Source: Candidatus Margulisiibacteriota bacterium (GTDB taxonomy: Bacteria; Margulisbacteria; WOR-1; JAHJIW01). From it: 43,950 nucleotides of DNA. How positions within the stretch are numbered: position 1 is the stretch's first letter; each line of letters starts with the position of its first letter. The stretch lies in contig JBAZQH010000001.1 in assembly GCA_041645285.1 (NCBI GenBank), positions 1-43,950 of the forward strand, written 5' to 3'. Positions 18,593 through 27,900 of the stretch are shown piece by piece. The notes under the pieces were generated by a model. It did no database searches. It had not been told where the DNA came from and was given only the letters and a program-made list of their open reading frames with translations. The position numbers and the translations under genes were made by a program.

Positions 18593-19492
18593 ATGGCTAG
18601 TTTAAGTAGGACGGTAAGGCATCCGATAGCTAACATTAGAGTGGAAGGGCGGTCTGGCAGAGTAACCAGGCACCCATCCTTTCCTAGGCTTCCGTCGGAT
18701 GCCGGAATTTGCAGTCGAGCAGATGCAATAATTTACGATGGCAGGCCGGATGCAATAACCCGCTTACCTTTAGCAGTAGTCCGGGATATCGGTATGGTAA
18801 GAGGTAACATACCGCTGGGAAGGCTGGACCGGAAGCCAATTGTTGATCGACTAACTCGCGAACGCAAGTTTGCTGAAGCAATAGACCGGGCGGGATTTTT
18901 TGATAATTGGGCGCCGGGGAGGGACGGAGTTTTAATCCGGACATTTCCGATTACGGTGGCGGAAGTAATCGAGGTCGCGGGTGAAATGAGGGATGGGAAG
19001 GGGGATGCGAGTTGGGGGGATTATTTTGGCGAGGCAGGAGTAGAAGATTTTATGCTTAATGAACCTGGGAGCTCATCGCAGATTCCTGCACTGACACGCA
19101 ATTCCGGGATAATATTAGAGGTAATTGAAAATATCAATGAATATCGAATTGGTGTAGCGTTACCAACCCTGGTGCAACTCGAAGAAAATATGGCTTTGTG
19201 TTACGGTCTTCCGAATAGAGCTAGTGGTTTTACTGCGTACGAATTAGTTCGCGGCCCTGATGGAATTTTTGCGATTGTAAAAATAAGTATACGTTCGCAC
19301 GATATTGATAAAGACGTGTCCAGGGCGGAATTAGCTAGTAGGCCACTCGGAGAAAGTAAATCAGAACGTATCTGGCATGTTGAGATTTTTCGCTCATACA
19401 GCAATGCAAAAGAACTATCTACAGTTAGGCCGAGTGAACAAGCTTTGATGGCATTTCGATTAGTCAGGTGCCCAATTGTTGCCTTGGAATAA
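18593..19492 (+). CDS. hypothetical protein (299 aa, ORFan)
   Basis: SD GGAGGG lies 8 nt upstream. No recognisable motif. The stop is 2 nt from the stop of the convergent gene at 19495. Confidence 0.5.
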   Translation: MASLSRTVRHPIANIRVEGRSGRVTRHPSFPRLPSDAGICSRADAIIYDGRPDAITRLPLAVVRDIGMVRGNIPLGRLDRKPIVDRLTRERKFAEAIDRAGFFDNWAPGRDGVLIRTFPITVAEVIEVAGEMRDGKGDASWGDYFGEAGVEDFMLNEPGSSSQIPALTRNSGIILEVIENINEYRIGVALPTLVQLEENMALCYGLPNRASGFTAYELVRGPDGIFAIVKISIRSHDIDKDVSRAELASRPLGESKSERIWHVEIFRSYSNAKELSTVRPSEQALMAFRLVRCPIVALE

Positions 19493-19494
19493 GC

Positions 19495-20100
19495 TTACCA
19501 GTGTTCGCGGAAAATAACCTCGCGGCGGCAGGCGGGGCATAAGATTTTGACCGATGACCCGCGGCGGTGAATATTATCCTTGGGTTCTCCGCGGCCCAGC
19601 AGGCCTAATTCCCTTTGTTCGGCGATTAGCAGTGTTGGATTGCTAAATGCCAGCGGCCCCATTTTGTCGTGGATCCACGTTAGATGCTCTTTGGCAGAAA
19701 TTATGGCTCCGCATTTTTCGCACAAGACCAATTCTTTTTCAATTTCCGTATGCGCAGCAGATATATCGGTAGTGGCCAGGTCGTATTCCAGGGTTAGGCG
19801 GATACCTTTGCCGGTAATGCAGTCGCGTTCGCACTGACCGCAATACAAACAGCGCTCCTGGTGATGAGTTAAGCGGCGCAATTTAGCGGCGGCATTATCC
19901 TCCACGTCAATTGCGCGTGCCGGGCAAACTTCACTGCAGGCCCCGCACCCCACGCACTCTTCTTTATAATATTTGGGCACACCGCGAAACCCCTCCGGCG
20001 GGATGGACGGCGCAAAAGGAAATTTGCTGGTAAAAGGACCAACCCATAAGGCCTTTACGGCCTCAATAATTTCACGAACCTTAGGTAACTTAATTTTCAT
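19495..20100 (-). CDS. hydrogenase 4Fe-4S subunit (NuoI/HycF/MbhN-like)
   Basis: Two ferredoxin motifs, CVGCGACSEVCP and CLYCGQCERDC, plus a C-terminal CEKCG...CPAC Zn-ribbon-like extension. It is the last gene of the operon and overlaps the upstream gene by 4 nt. Confidence 0.85.
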   Translation of the reverse strand: MKIKLPKVREIIEAVKALWVGPFTSKFPFAPSIPPEGFRGVPKYYKEECVGCGACSEVCPARAIDVEDNAAAKLRRLTHHQERCLYCGQCERDCITGKGIRLTLEYDLATTDISAAHTEIEKELVLCEKCGAIISAKEHLTWIHDKMGPLAFSNPTLLIAEQRELGLLGRGEPKDNIHRRGSSVKILCPACRREVIFREHW

Positions 20101-21833
20101 TTTTTGTTATTCCTTAATTTAAAGGCCGCAAACACAAAAACCCCGCCTAAAATCAGCCAGGCAACCGCAATGTTAAATATTGCCGCCAAAGACAACTGGG
20201 GCAGGGCCAGATTTTTTAATGCAGTAATTGTGCCGGCGAAAGCCGCCGGCGCGGCTAAGGTTGGGGTAGGTATCAGCTCCGAATATTGGGCATAGCGGTT
20301 GATATCTAATACGGAGATGACGGCCGGGTTAAGCAGCTGGCTAATTATCAACGGATAAAAAATTCCGCAGAGCACACACAGCACGGCTAAAAAGACCATG
20401 GCGACCTGCATTGGGGCCGGGACTTCTTTAATCTGTTGCAGGTCAGGGGTGGACCCGGCGGAAGTGGAGCCAACTGCCGCGGATTCAACGCCGGCGGAAC
20501 CAAAAAATACGTATTTTTGAATTTTGGCGAAAGAGGCCAAGGTTAAAATGCTGACCACGGCCGCCAGCGCTGCATATAAATATTGCCCGGCAAAAACGGC
20601 CGCAAAAATAATTAAAAGTTTGCTCCAAAATCCGTTAAAAGGCGGGATTCCGGAGATGGACAGAGAGGCCACCAATGACGTGGCGGCGGTTACCGGCATT
20701 TTTTTGGAAAGGCCGCCCAGTTTTTTTAAGTCCCGGGTGCCGGTTGCGTATTCCACCGCGCCAGCGTTTAAAAATAAGAGCGACTTAAAAACCGAATGGT
20801 TGATCAAATGGAAAATCCCGCCCAATATTCCCAGCGGCGTTCCCAACCCGATCCCTAATAGGATATACCCCATCTGGCTGATGCTGTGCCAGGCCAAAAG
20901 GCGCTTGAAGTCCCACTGGGCCAGCGCCAAAAGCACGCCTACCACCATGGAAATTACTCCCAGGGTGATAAGAATTTGAGAAACTTGCGGTGTCAGGCCA
21001 AAAACGCTGAAAACAATGCGGGTGATAGCGTAAGCTCCGGCGGCCTTGATGGCCAGGCCGGAAAGGGCGGCCGAGATTGGTGCGGGAGCTGAAGGATGAG
21101 CATCCGGCAGCCACGTATGGAAAGGGACCAGTGCGGCTTTGATGCCAAAACCAGCCAGAAAAAGCGCCAACGCCAGAGGAATGCCGGGCAGGATATAGTT
21201 TGGCAATGCCGCGGCGCCGCTGGCCGGAGTTGGCAGTGTCGAATGTAAAAGTTGTGAAAGTTGCGGCAGGTTCAGTGTTCCGGCAAAGGTGTATACCAGA
21301 ACCACTCCCAAAAGGATCAGTAGTGAAGCCAATGATCCCAACAGCATATATTTTAGCGCGGCTTCCAGTTCTTCTTTTTCACAGCCAAAGGCCACCAGCG
21401 CGTAGGATGCCAGCGCCAGCAGTTCAATGAAGATATACAAATTGAACAAGTCCCCGCTTAATATAATTCCGTTCATGCCGGCTAACATCAGCAGGAGCAG
21501 GGCATAGTATTTGCCTTTAGCCGTGAATTTGTTGATATATGCAAAAGAATAAACCACAATGGCGAGCGCAATGATGGCCACGGTTAATAAAAGCAGGGAA
21601 CTTAATCCGTCCAGGATCAAATTGATCCCCAGTATTCCGTTGCCCAAACAGTAAACCTGCCCGGCAGTGGCTGCTCCGGCAATATAAAACCCGCTGATTA
21701 ATCCCAGCAAGAGCAAAATTGTGATTATGGCCGCGGCATCCAAAAACCAGCGCGCCCAGCGTGCCAGCAATAAGACCGCAAAGGCAGAAAATACCGGGAT
21801 CAAAACCAACGCGGCAATTAATATTGGCTGCAT
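20097..21833 (-). CDS. proton/sodium-translocating antiporter-like subunit (MrpD/NuoN/MbhH-like)
   Basis: 578-aa polytopic protein with motif FHTWLPDAHPSAPAPISAALSG, typical of the NuoL/M/N-MrpA/D family. Confidence 0.9.
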   Translation of the reverse strand: MQPILIAALVLIPVFSAFAVLLLARWARWFLDAAAIITILLLLGLISGFYIAGAATAGQVYCLGNGILGINLILDGLSSLLLLTVAIIALAIVVYSFAYINKFTAKGKYYALLLLMLAGMNGIILSGDLFNLYIFIELLALASYALVAFGCEKEELEAALKYMLLGSLASLLILLGVVLVYTFAGTLNLPQLSQLLHSTLPTPASGAAALPNYILPGIPLALALFLAGFGIKAALVPFHTWLPDAHPSAPAPISAALSGLAIKAAGAYAITRIVFSVFGLTPQVSQILITLGVISMVVGVLLALAQWDFKRLLAWHSISQMGYILLGIGLGTPLGILGGIFHLINHSVFKSLLFLNAGAVEYATGTRDLKKLGGLSKKMPVTAATSLVASLSISGIPPFNGFWSKLLIIFAAVFAGQYLYAALAAVVSILTLASFAKIQKYVFFGSAGVESAAVGSTSAGSTPDLQQIKEVPAPMQVAMVFLAVLCVLCGIFYPLIISQLLNPAVISVLDINRYAQYSELIPTPTLAAPAAFAGTITALKNLALPQLSLAAIFNIAVAWLILGGVFVFAAFKLRNNKK

Positions 21834-21843
21834 AGTTTATCCT

Positions 21844-22149
21844 TTAATCAGAGTATTCTTTCAATTGATTGATTTTCGAAATATCCAGTGTTTGATTTGT
21901 ATGGTTAACGCGCACGCTGATGGCGGTCAACAAAATTAGCGATGCCAGCCCTATCGTCAGTGTCACCATCGCCAGCTCAGTAATTAACGGGTTAACGCGG
22001 CTCCCGTTAAAACCAACCAGGACCATCAGTAAACTGACGGCGTATTCGGCCAGCACCAGGCCAATGATTACTTTTACCAGATTTTTTTGGATCAGCATGC
22101 ACAGGATTCCGCTGCAAAACAGGCCGCCGCATAAATAAAAAATTAACAT
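21844..22149 (-). CDS. small membrane subunit (MnhC/NuoK/MbhG-like)
   Basis: 101 aa with three hydrophobic helices; its position between MnhB-like and MrpD-like genes matches Mrp/Mbh operons. Confidence 0.65.
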   Translation of the reverse strand: MLIFYLCGGLFCSGILCMLIQKNLVKVIIGLVLAEYAVSLLMVLVGFNGSRVNPLITELAMVTLTIGLASLILLTAISVRVNHTNQTLDISKINQLKEYSD

Positions 22150-22170
22150 ATTAAATTCCTTCTTATCTTT

Positions 22171-22557
22171 CTAACCTCGGTCTTTTAATTTTTCAAAAGC
22201 CAAGAGAGCGCGTAAGGCCAAATTTAGTCCGGCGGCTACCAATAGCGCCACGATCAAGTTTAAACCGATCAGTGCAAAATCGCCGCCGGGTAAAAATGGG
22301 AAAGCGGCCCGGCCCAGCAGGAGGCAAAAGCACAAACCCGCCAGAGCAAAAAATACGCCGGTCAAATAGGCGCTTAAGGTTTTGGTAGGATCTTCTTTGG
22401 GAACGCCCAGGTTAATAAAAAACAAAGCCGCGGCCATCACCAGCCCGCCGGACAATCCGTCGCCAACTCCAGTGGAGCAAGCCAGCGCCAGGTACAGCCC
22501 AAAAGCCAGGGCACCAAAGCCGATGGTGCGGATTAATATTTTAGTTATCGTAGACAT
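22171..22557 (-). CDS. MnhB-domain membrane subunit (MbhE-like)
   Basis: 128 aa and polytopic. GVGDGLSGG sits at the position of the MnhB GGGF-x-GG motif. Confidence 0.65.
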   Translation of the reverse strand: MSTITKILIRTIGFGALAFGLYLALACSTGVGDGLSGGLVMAAALFFINLGVPKEDPTKTLSAYLTGVFFALAGLCFCLLLGRAAFPFLPGGDFALIGLNLIVALLVAAGLNLALRALLAFEKLKDRG

Positions 22558-23062
22558 CGCGTTCGTTCAATGCCTTTCTGCCTTTTAATCTCAAGACCGC
22601 GGCCGCGCCAATGGTGGCGGCAGTTAAAACGGCAACCAGTCCCGCTAGATCCCAGAGGCGCGCGCCAAAGAGAAGTGATGTGTTTTGGAGAGCCGCTTTG
22701 GTTTCTGCCGTAGTGGTTTCGGTTGACTGCGGCATTAGCTCAACCACCGTAAAGATAATGGCAAAAATGATCAGCAAAACCGCAATGGCGCCGCCCCAAT
22801 CTTTTAATGTTTTAGGATAGTTTTGGTTATCTCTGGCAGCTTTGGCCGCGCGCGGTAAAATCAACAAGACCATGGCTTCAAATACCAAAAGTGAAATGGC
22901 CAGGTCCGGTGCATTGAGCAAAAGGAAGATCACGCATAAAAATAATCCAGTGATGCCCAGGGAGGAAATCGCAACCATTAAATTGCGCGCCAGGGTGGCC
23001 AAGAGTGCCCCGCCCAGCATCAAAATCATTAAGGTAATCAAACACGTATACATGTCAGCCAA
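22541..23062 (-). CDS. MbhD/DUF4040-like membrane subunit (MrpA C-terminal/MrpB-related)
   Basis: 173 aa and polytopic. LLLNAPDLAISLLVFEAMV resembles the APDVALTE motif of MbhD/DUF4040. Confidence 0.65.
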   Translation of the reverse strand: MADMYTCLITLMILMLGGALLATLARNLMVAISSLGITGLFLCVIFLLLNAPDLAISLLVFEAMVLLILPRAAKAARDNQNYPKTLKDWGGAIAVLLIIFAIIFTVVELMPQSTETTTAETKAALQNTSLLFGARLWDLAGLVAVLTAATIGAAAVLRLKGRKALNERDVYDN

Positions 23063-24868
23063 TTATCCTTTCACCAGAAAATATAATATAGCCAAAAACC
23101 CGGCCAGGCACCAGAGCAGATAAGTTTGTACCAATCCCCGGTGGAACCAGCGCAAAAAATCACCTAGTCCAAAAACCAGGCCTTTTAACGGTTCGTATAT
23201 GTCAATCCATTGGCTTTTTGCCAGTCGATAAATAAAGCGCACCGGCCTAACCGTCTGGAGCGTATTGTAAAATTCGTTGCCGGAGACCTTGGTATGAATT
23301 TTTTCCCCTCCCAAAAATGGGGCGGCGGTGTGGAATTTTTGGGTGCGGGTGGCCGCAAAGTAGGCCAGGAAACCGGTCAACAGCCCCAGACAAAGCAATC
23401 CGGCGGCCAGTGTCGGGTCCCATGATCCAACAAAATCAACGGTCGTGGGCAGGGCTTGAAAAATAAAATATGGCAAAGGCAGCTGAAAAGCCAAAACCCC
23501 AAAGAGGATACAAAGAATTGCTAACGTTACCATGGGAATCCACATGGTTGCCGGGACTTCCTTTACGCCTGGCCGTGAGGCAGTGCTTTGGCTAAAGAAA
23601 GCGGCGTGCAACAGTTTAGTAAAAGAAGCCATGGTCAAAATACTGCCCAGCATTGCACACAAAAGCCAGATAACCCAGAGGTTGTTTTGGGAATCTAAAA
23701 TCCCCTGGTAGATCATCCATTTGGAAACAAAACCGTTCAAAGGCGGGACGCCGGAAATGGCCAGCGCACAAATTAACGCGGAAAAAAACGTGATTGGCAT
23801 GGCGGCGGTCAGCCCACCCATGTCTTTCATTTCGGTTAGTTTAGTGCGAAATTCAATGGCCCCGCCGCATAAAAATAGGCAAGTTTTGTAAATGGCATTA
23901 TTGAGCATATGGAAGAGCCCTCCGGCAATTCCAACCGGGACCGCGGTCCCAATGCCGATTAACATATAACCCACCTGGCTGACTGCATGGTATGACAATA
24001 ATTTTTGAAAATTATGCTGCTGCAGCGCCATCAACACTGCGCAAATAAGAGTTAGCGACCCGATTGCCAAGAGAAATATTGAGATGCCCGAATTGGGCTG
24101 GATAACGAAAATATCCAGAGATAACCGTGCCAGGAAATAAATTCCAATCAATTTGTCCAGTGAAGCCGGGAGGTAGGCCATGACGGTGGCGGGAGTCACG
24201 GTTGCGGATTCAGGAACCCAGGAAGAAAACGGCAAAGCTCCGGCTTTAGCCAGCGCCCCGGAAACCAGTAAAAGATAGGCGCTGATGGTTAAGGGATGAT
24301 TGAGCGGCAGGCCCAGGGCTTGCAGATTGAAAGTCCGCGCCATATAAAAAACCATGGCGGTGCCCAAAATCATCAGGGCGTCGGTCCCGCCCACAATAAT
24401 GAATGTTTTTTTAGCGGCGGCGGCCGCGGTAACCGTATCATTAATTCCAATCAGCCGGTACAGGGTAAATCCGGAAAATCCCCAAAAAACCAGCAGGGTT
24501 AGCAGGTCGCCTGCCAAAACCGTGCCGGCCGCCGATGCCAGGGTTAATAAAACGTAGCAATAGTATGAGTTGAGTTTTCGGTGGCCTTGCATAAAACTTT
24601 GCGAGTACAAAATGATCAAAAAGGCAAAAAACGCAATTGCAAAAAGCACATAGGCATTAAAAGTATATGCCCTTAACCCAAACAGCAAGTGAAGCGGGGA
24701 AGAGTCCTGCAGAAAAACTGAACGTTCTCCCGCAAAAATAATCAGGCCGGAAAAATAAACGACGGCGATGGAGGCCAGTAGTGCCAGCCAACGCGCCCAT
24801 TTTCCGGCGAACCGGCAGATTATGCCAGCCAGCAAGGGAATTAAGATTGTGTATAATAATATATTCAT
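23063..24868 (-). CDS. antiporter-like subunit (NuoL/MrpA/HyfB-like)
   Basis: 601-aa polytopic protein with family core ...FSSWVPESATVTPATVMAYL... and ...LLSYHAVSQVGYMLIGIG.... Its start overlaps the stop of the large-subunit gene (4 nt). Confidence 0.88.
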   Translation of the reverse strand: MNILLYTILIPLLAGIICRFAGKWARWLALLASIAVVYFSGLIIFAGERSVFLQDSSPLHLLFGLRAYTFNAYVLFAIAFFAFLIILYSQSFMQGHRKLNSYYCYVLLTLASAAGTVLAGDLLTLLVFWGFSGFTLYRLIGINDTVTAAAAAKKTFIIVGGTDALMILGTAMVFYMARTFNLQALGLPLNHPLTISAYLLLVSGALAKAGALPFSSWVPESATVTPATVMAYLPASLDKLIGIYFLARLSLDIFVIQPNSGISIFLLAIGSLTLICAVLMALQQHNFQKLLSYHAVSQVGYMLIGIGTAVPVGIAGGLFHMLNNAIYKTCLFLCGGAIEFRTKLTEMKDMGGLTAAMPITFFSALICALAISGVPPLNGFVSKWMIYQGILDSQNNLWVIWLLCAMLGSILTMASFTKLLHAAFFSQSTASRPGVKEVPATMWIPMVTLAILCILFGVLAFQLPLPYFIFQALPTTVDFVGSWDPTLAAGLLCLGLLTGFLAYFAATRTQKFHTAAPFLGGEKIHTKVSGNEFYNTLQTVRPVRFIYRLAKSQWIDIYEPLKGLVFGLGDFLRWFHRGLVQTYLLWCLAGFLAILYFLVKG

Positions 24869-26076
24869 TGTTTGGATTTAAGGTTTTCTGTCTTTTCCTG
24901 CGATAATCTTACCAGCTCATTCCCATCAACAATTACCTGCTGCGTTTTCGGATTGATTACGCCCATGCGCTCAGTACAGCAGTAGCACGGGTCCACTGCG
25001 GCAGTAATCAGTGCCGCATCGGCAACCTGTTGCCCGATGATGGTCCGCTTGAAAGACGGGATATTATTAAATGAAGGTGCGCGAATTTTATGCCGTTCGG
25101 GATAATTGCTCCCGTTGGACCGGACGTAGTGGATTACTTCTCCACGGGGAGCTTCCGCTTGTCCCACTCCTTCGGCCACCGGATATTCGCGGATTTCAAC
25201 TGCAATGGGCCCGGCAGGAATTTGCCGCAGGCACTGCCGCAATATTTTAATTGATTCCATGATTTCTAGCAGGCGCACCACGGCTTTAGAAAAAACACAA
25301 CCATCGGTCTGGGTGATGATATTAAAATTTACCAATGGGTAGGCAGCATAAGGATGGTCTTTGCGAATATCGATGGCCACTCCGGAAGCCCGGGCCACCG
25401 GCCCCACCACGCATAGGTCAATGGCATCGGCTTTGGTTAAAATGCCTACGCCTTTGGTACGGGCTTGCAATACCGGGTCATCTAAAATGGCTTTGGTAAT
25501 CATGTCGGTAAATTTTTCAATCTCATCCAGCGTCTTTAAGAATGGGGCATGGTCTTGGTCTTTTAAGTCGCGGCGCACCCCGCCCGGCATCATCATGCAG
25601 TAATGGTTACGGTTGCCGGTAATAAGTTCAGCAATATCCAAAATTGGCTCCCGCGCTTTCCAGGCCCACATAAAGACGGTGTTATAACCTAAAAAGTGTC
25701 CGGCCAGCCCCACCCACAAAAGGTGGCTGTGGATCCGCTCCATTTCGGCGATAATTGTGCGGATGTACAATGCCCGCTCCGGGACTTTGATGTTTGCCAG
25801 ATCTTCCACCGCCTGTACATAAGCCAGCGGGTGGGAAGTTGAGCAAATGCCGCAAATCCGCTCCACCAAATAGGGGACCTGGTCAAAGGTCTTACTTTCG
25901 GAAAGTTTTTCGATCCCGCGGTGGTTGTAGCCAATCCGCAAATCGGCGTCGACTACGGTTTCACCGTCAACGTAAAGCTTAAAAAATTCCGGTTCTTCCA
26001 GCAGGGGATGATAGGGCCCCAGCGGAATAAAAGTTTCTTTTAAATTATTTGGCATTGCCTTTGGTTTTTCAGTCAT
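24865..26076 (-). CDS. group-4 [NiFe] hydrogenase large subunit (NuoD/HycE/MbhL/EchE-like)
   Basis: Both Ni-Fe ligand cysteine pairs are present: N-terminal RICGICSTSH and C-terminal DPCYCCTER. ATG 26076 (MTEKPK) is preferred over the GTG at 26088. Confidence 0.92.
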   Translation of the reverse strand: MTEKPKAMPNNLKETFIPLGPYHPLLEEPEFFKLYVDGETVVDADLRIGYNHRGIEKLSESKTFDQVPYLVERICGICSTSHPLAYVQAVEDLANIKVPERALYIRTIIAEMERIHSHLLWVGLAGHFLGYNTVFMWAWKAREPILDIAELITGNRNHYCMMMPGGVRRDLKDQDHAPFLKTLDEIEKFTDMITKAILDDPVLQARTKGVGILTKADAIDLCVVGPVARASGVAIDIRKDHPYAAYPLVNFNIITQTDGCVFSKAVVRLLEIMESIKILRQCLRQIPAGPIAVEIREYPVAEGVGQAEAPRGEVIHYVRSNGSNYPERHKIRAPSFNNIPSFKRTIIGQQVADAALITAAVDPCYCCTERMGVINPKTQQVIVDGNELVRLSQEKTENLKSKQ

Positions 26077-26512
26077 GTTGAAGATCACTTTCCGGTTTTT
26101 TCCTTAAAGGGTACACGCCGGCAGGAAAGTCGTCGGAGAGCAGGAAAGGGCGGACGCGGGGATTGCCGGCAAAATTTACCCCCATCAACTCGTTCATTTC
26201 CAGCTCTATCCACTCTGCCCCCGGCAGAAAATCACAAATTGAATCCAGCGTAGGGTTTTCTCTGGGGGCCAGGGCCTTTATGGTACAAAGCAGCCCTTCC
26301 TTATCCAGAGAGAAATGGTACAAAACTTCAAATCCGGCGCGGGTATCCACTGCGGTGCAAGTTGACAGCCGCGCCCCCAATTCTTTAAATAAATAGCGGG
26401 CCACGTCGCGCACGTCTTTGCCGGCAACCGTGACGTAATAGCGTTGCGGGGAGTGCGCGTCAATGGTGATGCGGGCTTGAAACTGTTCTTTTAGCTTTTC
26501 GATTGTATTCAT
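26069..26512 (-). CDS. NuoC/HycE-N/MbhK-like subunit
   Basis: 147 aa with ...YHFSLDKEGLLCTIKA...PGAEWIELEMNELMGVNFAGNP..., typical of the 30-kDa subunit family. It overlaps the NuoB-like gene by 4 nt (ATGA). Confidence 0.88.
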   Translation of the reverse strand: MNTIEKLKEQFQARITIDAHSPQRYYVTVAGKDVRDVARYLFKELGARLSTCTAVDTRAGFEVLYHFSLDKEGLLCTIKALAPRENPTLDSICDFLPGAEWIELEMNELMGVNFAGNPRVRPFLLSDDFPAGVYPLRKKPESDLQHD

Positions 26513-26952
26513 TTTTTACCCAATATTTCCATTGCTTTCACAATTCCTAACATCATGGCCTCCGGTTTGGGCGGGCAGCCCGGCACATAGACATCGACCG
26601 GTATGTAATCTGACAGCGGCCCCGGCACGTTGTAGCTGTCCCGGAAAATGTTGCCGGAAGGGCAGGTGCCAATGGCGACCACGGCCTTGGGGTGGGGGGT
26701 TTGCGCGTAAACTTCCTTCAGGCGGGCGGCAATCTGCCGGTTTACCGAACCCGTTACTAGTAAAATGTCAGCGTGGCGGGGAGAACCCACCAGTACAATG
26801 CCAAAACGCTCAATGTCAAATTTGGGAGTTAGGCAATCTAAAATTTCAATGTCGCAGTTATTGCAGGCCGAAGCCCCTACGTGATAAACCCAGGGAGATT
26901 TTGTCAGTCCCCATTTTTTTAAGCTTTGCGTGTTAAATTTTGACCCGTGCAC
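26509..26952 (-). CDS. [NiFe] hydrogenase small subunit (NuoB/HycG/MbhJ-like)
   Basis: Cluster N2-type cysteines are in context: GASACNNCDIE ... GSPRHADILLVTG ... AIGTCP ... VPGCPP. Confidence 0.92.
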   Translation of the reverse strand: MHGSKFNTQSLKKWGLTKSPWVYHVGASACNNCDIEILDCLTPKFDIERFGIVLVGSPRHADILLVTGSVNRQIAARLKEVYAQTPHPKAVVAIGTCPSGNIFRDSYNVPGPLSDYIPVDVYVPGCPPKPEAMMLGIVKAMEILGKK

Positions 26953-26958
26953 TTATGT

Positions 26959-27870
26959 TTATGCTCCCATCATTGCCAAAATTAGCGCCAGCGTTGCTAC
27001 AATTGTTACCGGTCCCCAAAAAAACCTTAAGGCCTGGTCAATCCGCAATCTGGGATTGGTATTTTTTATTACGATAATCAACACCAGGATGCTGCAGTAT
27101 TTTAACACAATCACCGGGATCGAAACCCAGCCGGAAATACTCAAACCGCCGCAGAAAAGGGCAATTAAAAACAAGGGAAGCGTATAGAGCAAAATTGCTT
27201 TGGCCAGCTTAAATAACATCAGCGGCGCGCCGGAATATTCCAAAAGGACTCCACTGGAAATTTCCTGCTCGGCTTCCGCTAAATCAAAAGGCACTAAGCC
27301 CAGCTTGGCCTGGATGCAGAGCAGTGCGGCGCAAAATGCCAGGATTCCGGAAAAACTGAAAATAATTGGCTGGGCGGCCTGGGCGGCGGCGATTCCTTCC
27401 AGCATGATCGAATGGGTTTTTAGCACCACGGTAAAAATTGAAAGTAAAAAGGGCAGTTCGTAGGCCAGGATTAATTTCATTTCGCGGCTGGCGCCCAAGG
27501 CCGCGACGGGATTGTTGGCAGTAAAGCCCGCCATAATCAAAGCCAGGGAGGGGATGGTTAAAAAGTATAGAATTACGATCAGGTCTCCCCAAAATGGAGT
27601 CCACAGCAGTCCCGCCGCAAAAGCCGCGGCGGCCAAGGCCACCGTGGGCCAGAGTAAAAAGTAAAAAACAGAAGCCCCTTCGGGGATAAGGATTTCTTTG
27701 AAAAAAAGTTTACAACAGTCGGCGAACGGCTGAAACCAGGGCGGTCCAACGCGGTATTGCAGGCGGGCCGTAACTTTGCGGTCAACCCAGCAAGCTAATA
27801 GCCCAGCGACCGCGGCAAATAACAGGCCGGGGAAAAGCAGAAAGTTAAATAATATTGTTAAGAAATTCAT
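26959..27870 (-). CDS. membrane subunit NuoH/HycD/MbhM-like
   Basis: Motif DRKVTARLQYRVGPPWFQPFADCCKLFFKE matches the NuoH-family signature. ATG 27870 has GGAG 9 nt upstream; the ORF-track start 27885 is GTG. Confidence 0.88.
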   Translation of the reverse strand: MNFLTILFNFLLFPGLLFAAVAGLLACWVDRKVTARLQYRVGPPWFQPFADCCKLFFKEILIPEGASVFYFLLWPTVALAAAAFAAGLLWTPFWGDLIVILYFLTIPSLALIMAGFTANNPVAALGASREMKLILAYELPFLLSIFTVVLKTHSIMLEGIAAAQAAQPIIFSFSGILAFCAALLCIQAKLGLVPFDLAEAEQEISSGVLLEYSGAPLMLFKLAKAILLYTLPLFLIALFCGGLSISGWVSIPVIVLKYCSILVLIIVIKNTNPRLRIDQALRFFWGPVTIVATLALILAMMGA

Positions 27871-27900
27871 TGAAATCAGCTCCACTTTTGCGCAATGTTT

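Noticed and set aside
18433-18636. 67-aa - strand ORF in the spacer upstream of the HypC-HydE gene
   Set aside because: It has no SD, overlaps the start of the 18593 ORF, and its hydrophobic low-complexity sequence likely comes from AT-rich promoter DNA.
18593-19492. Possible remote resemblance of the 299-aa ORF to ribosomal protein L2 (GRSGRVTRH vs GRNNxGRITxRH; IIYDGRPDAI vs IEYDPNRSA)
   Set aside because: The spacings do not match. The C-terminal half has nothing like the L2 HPHGGGEG region. This is most likely pattern-matching noise.
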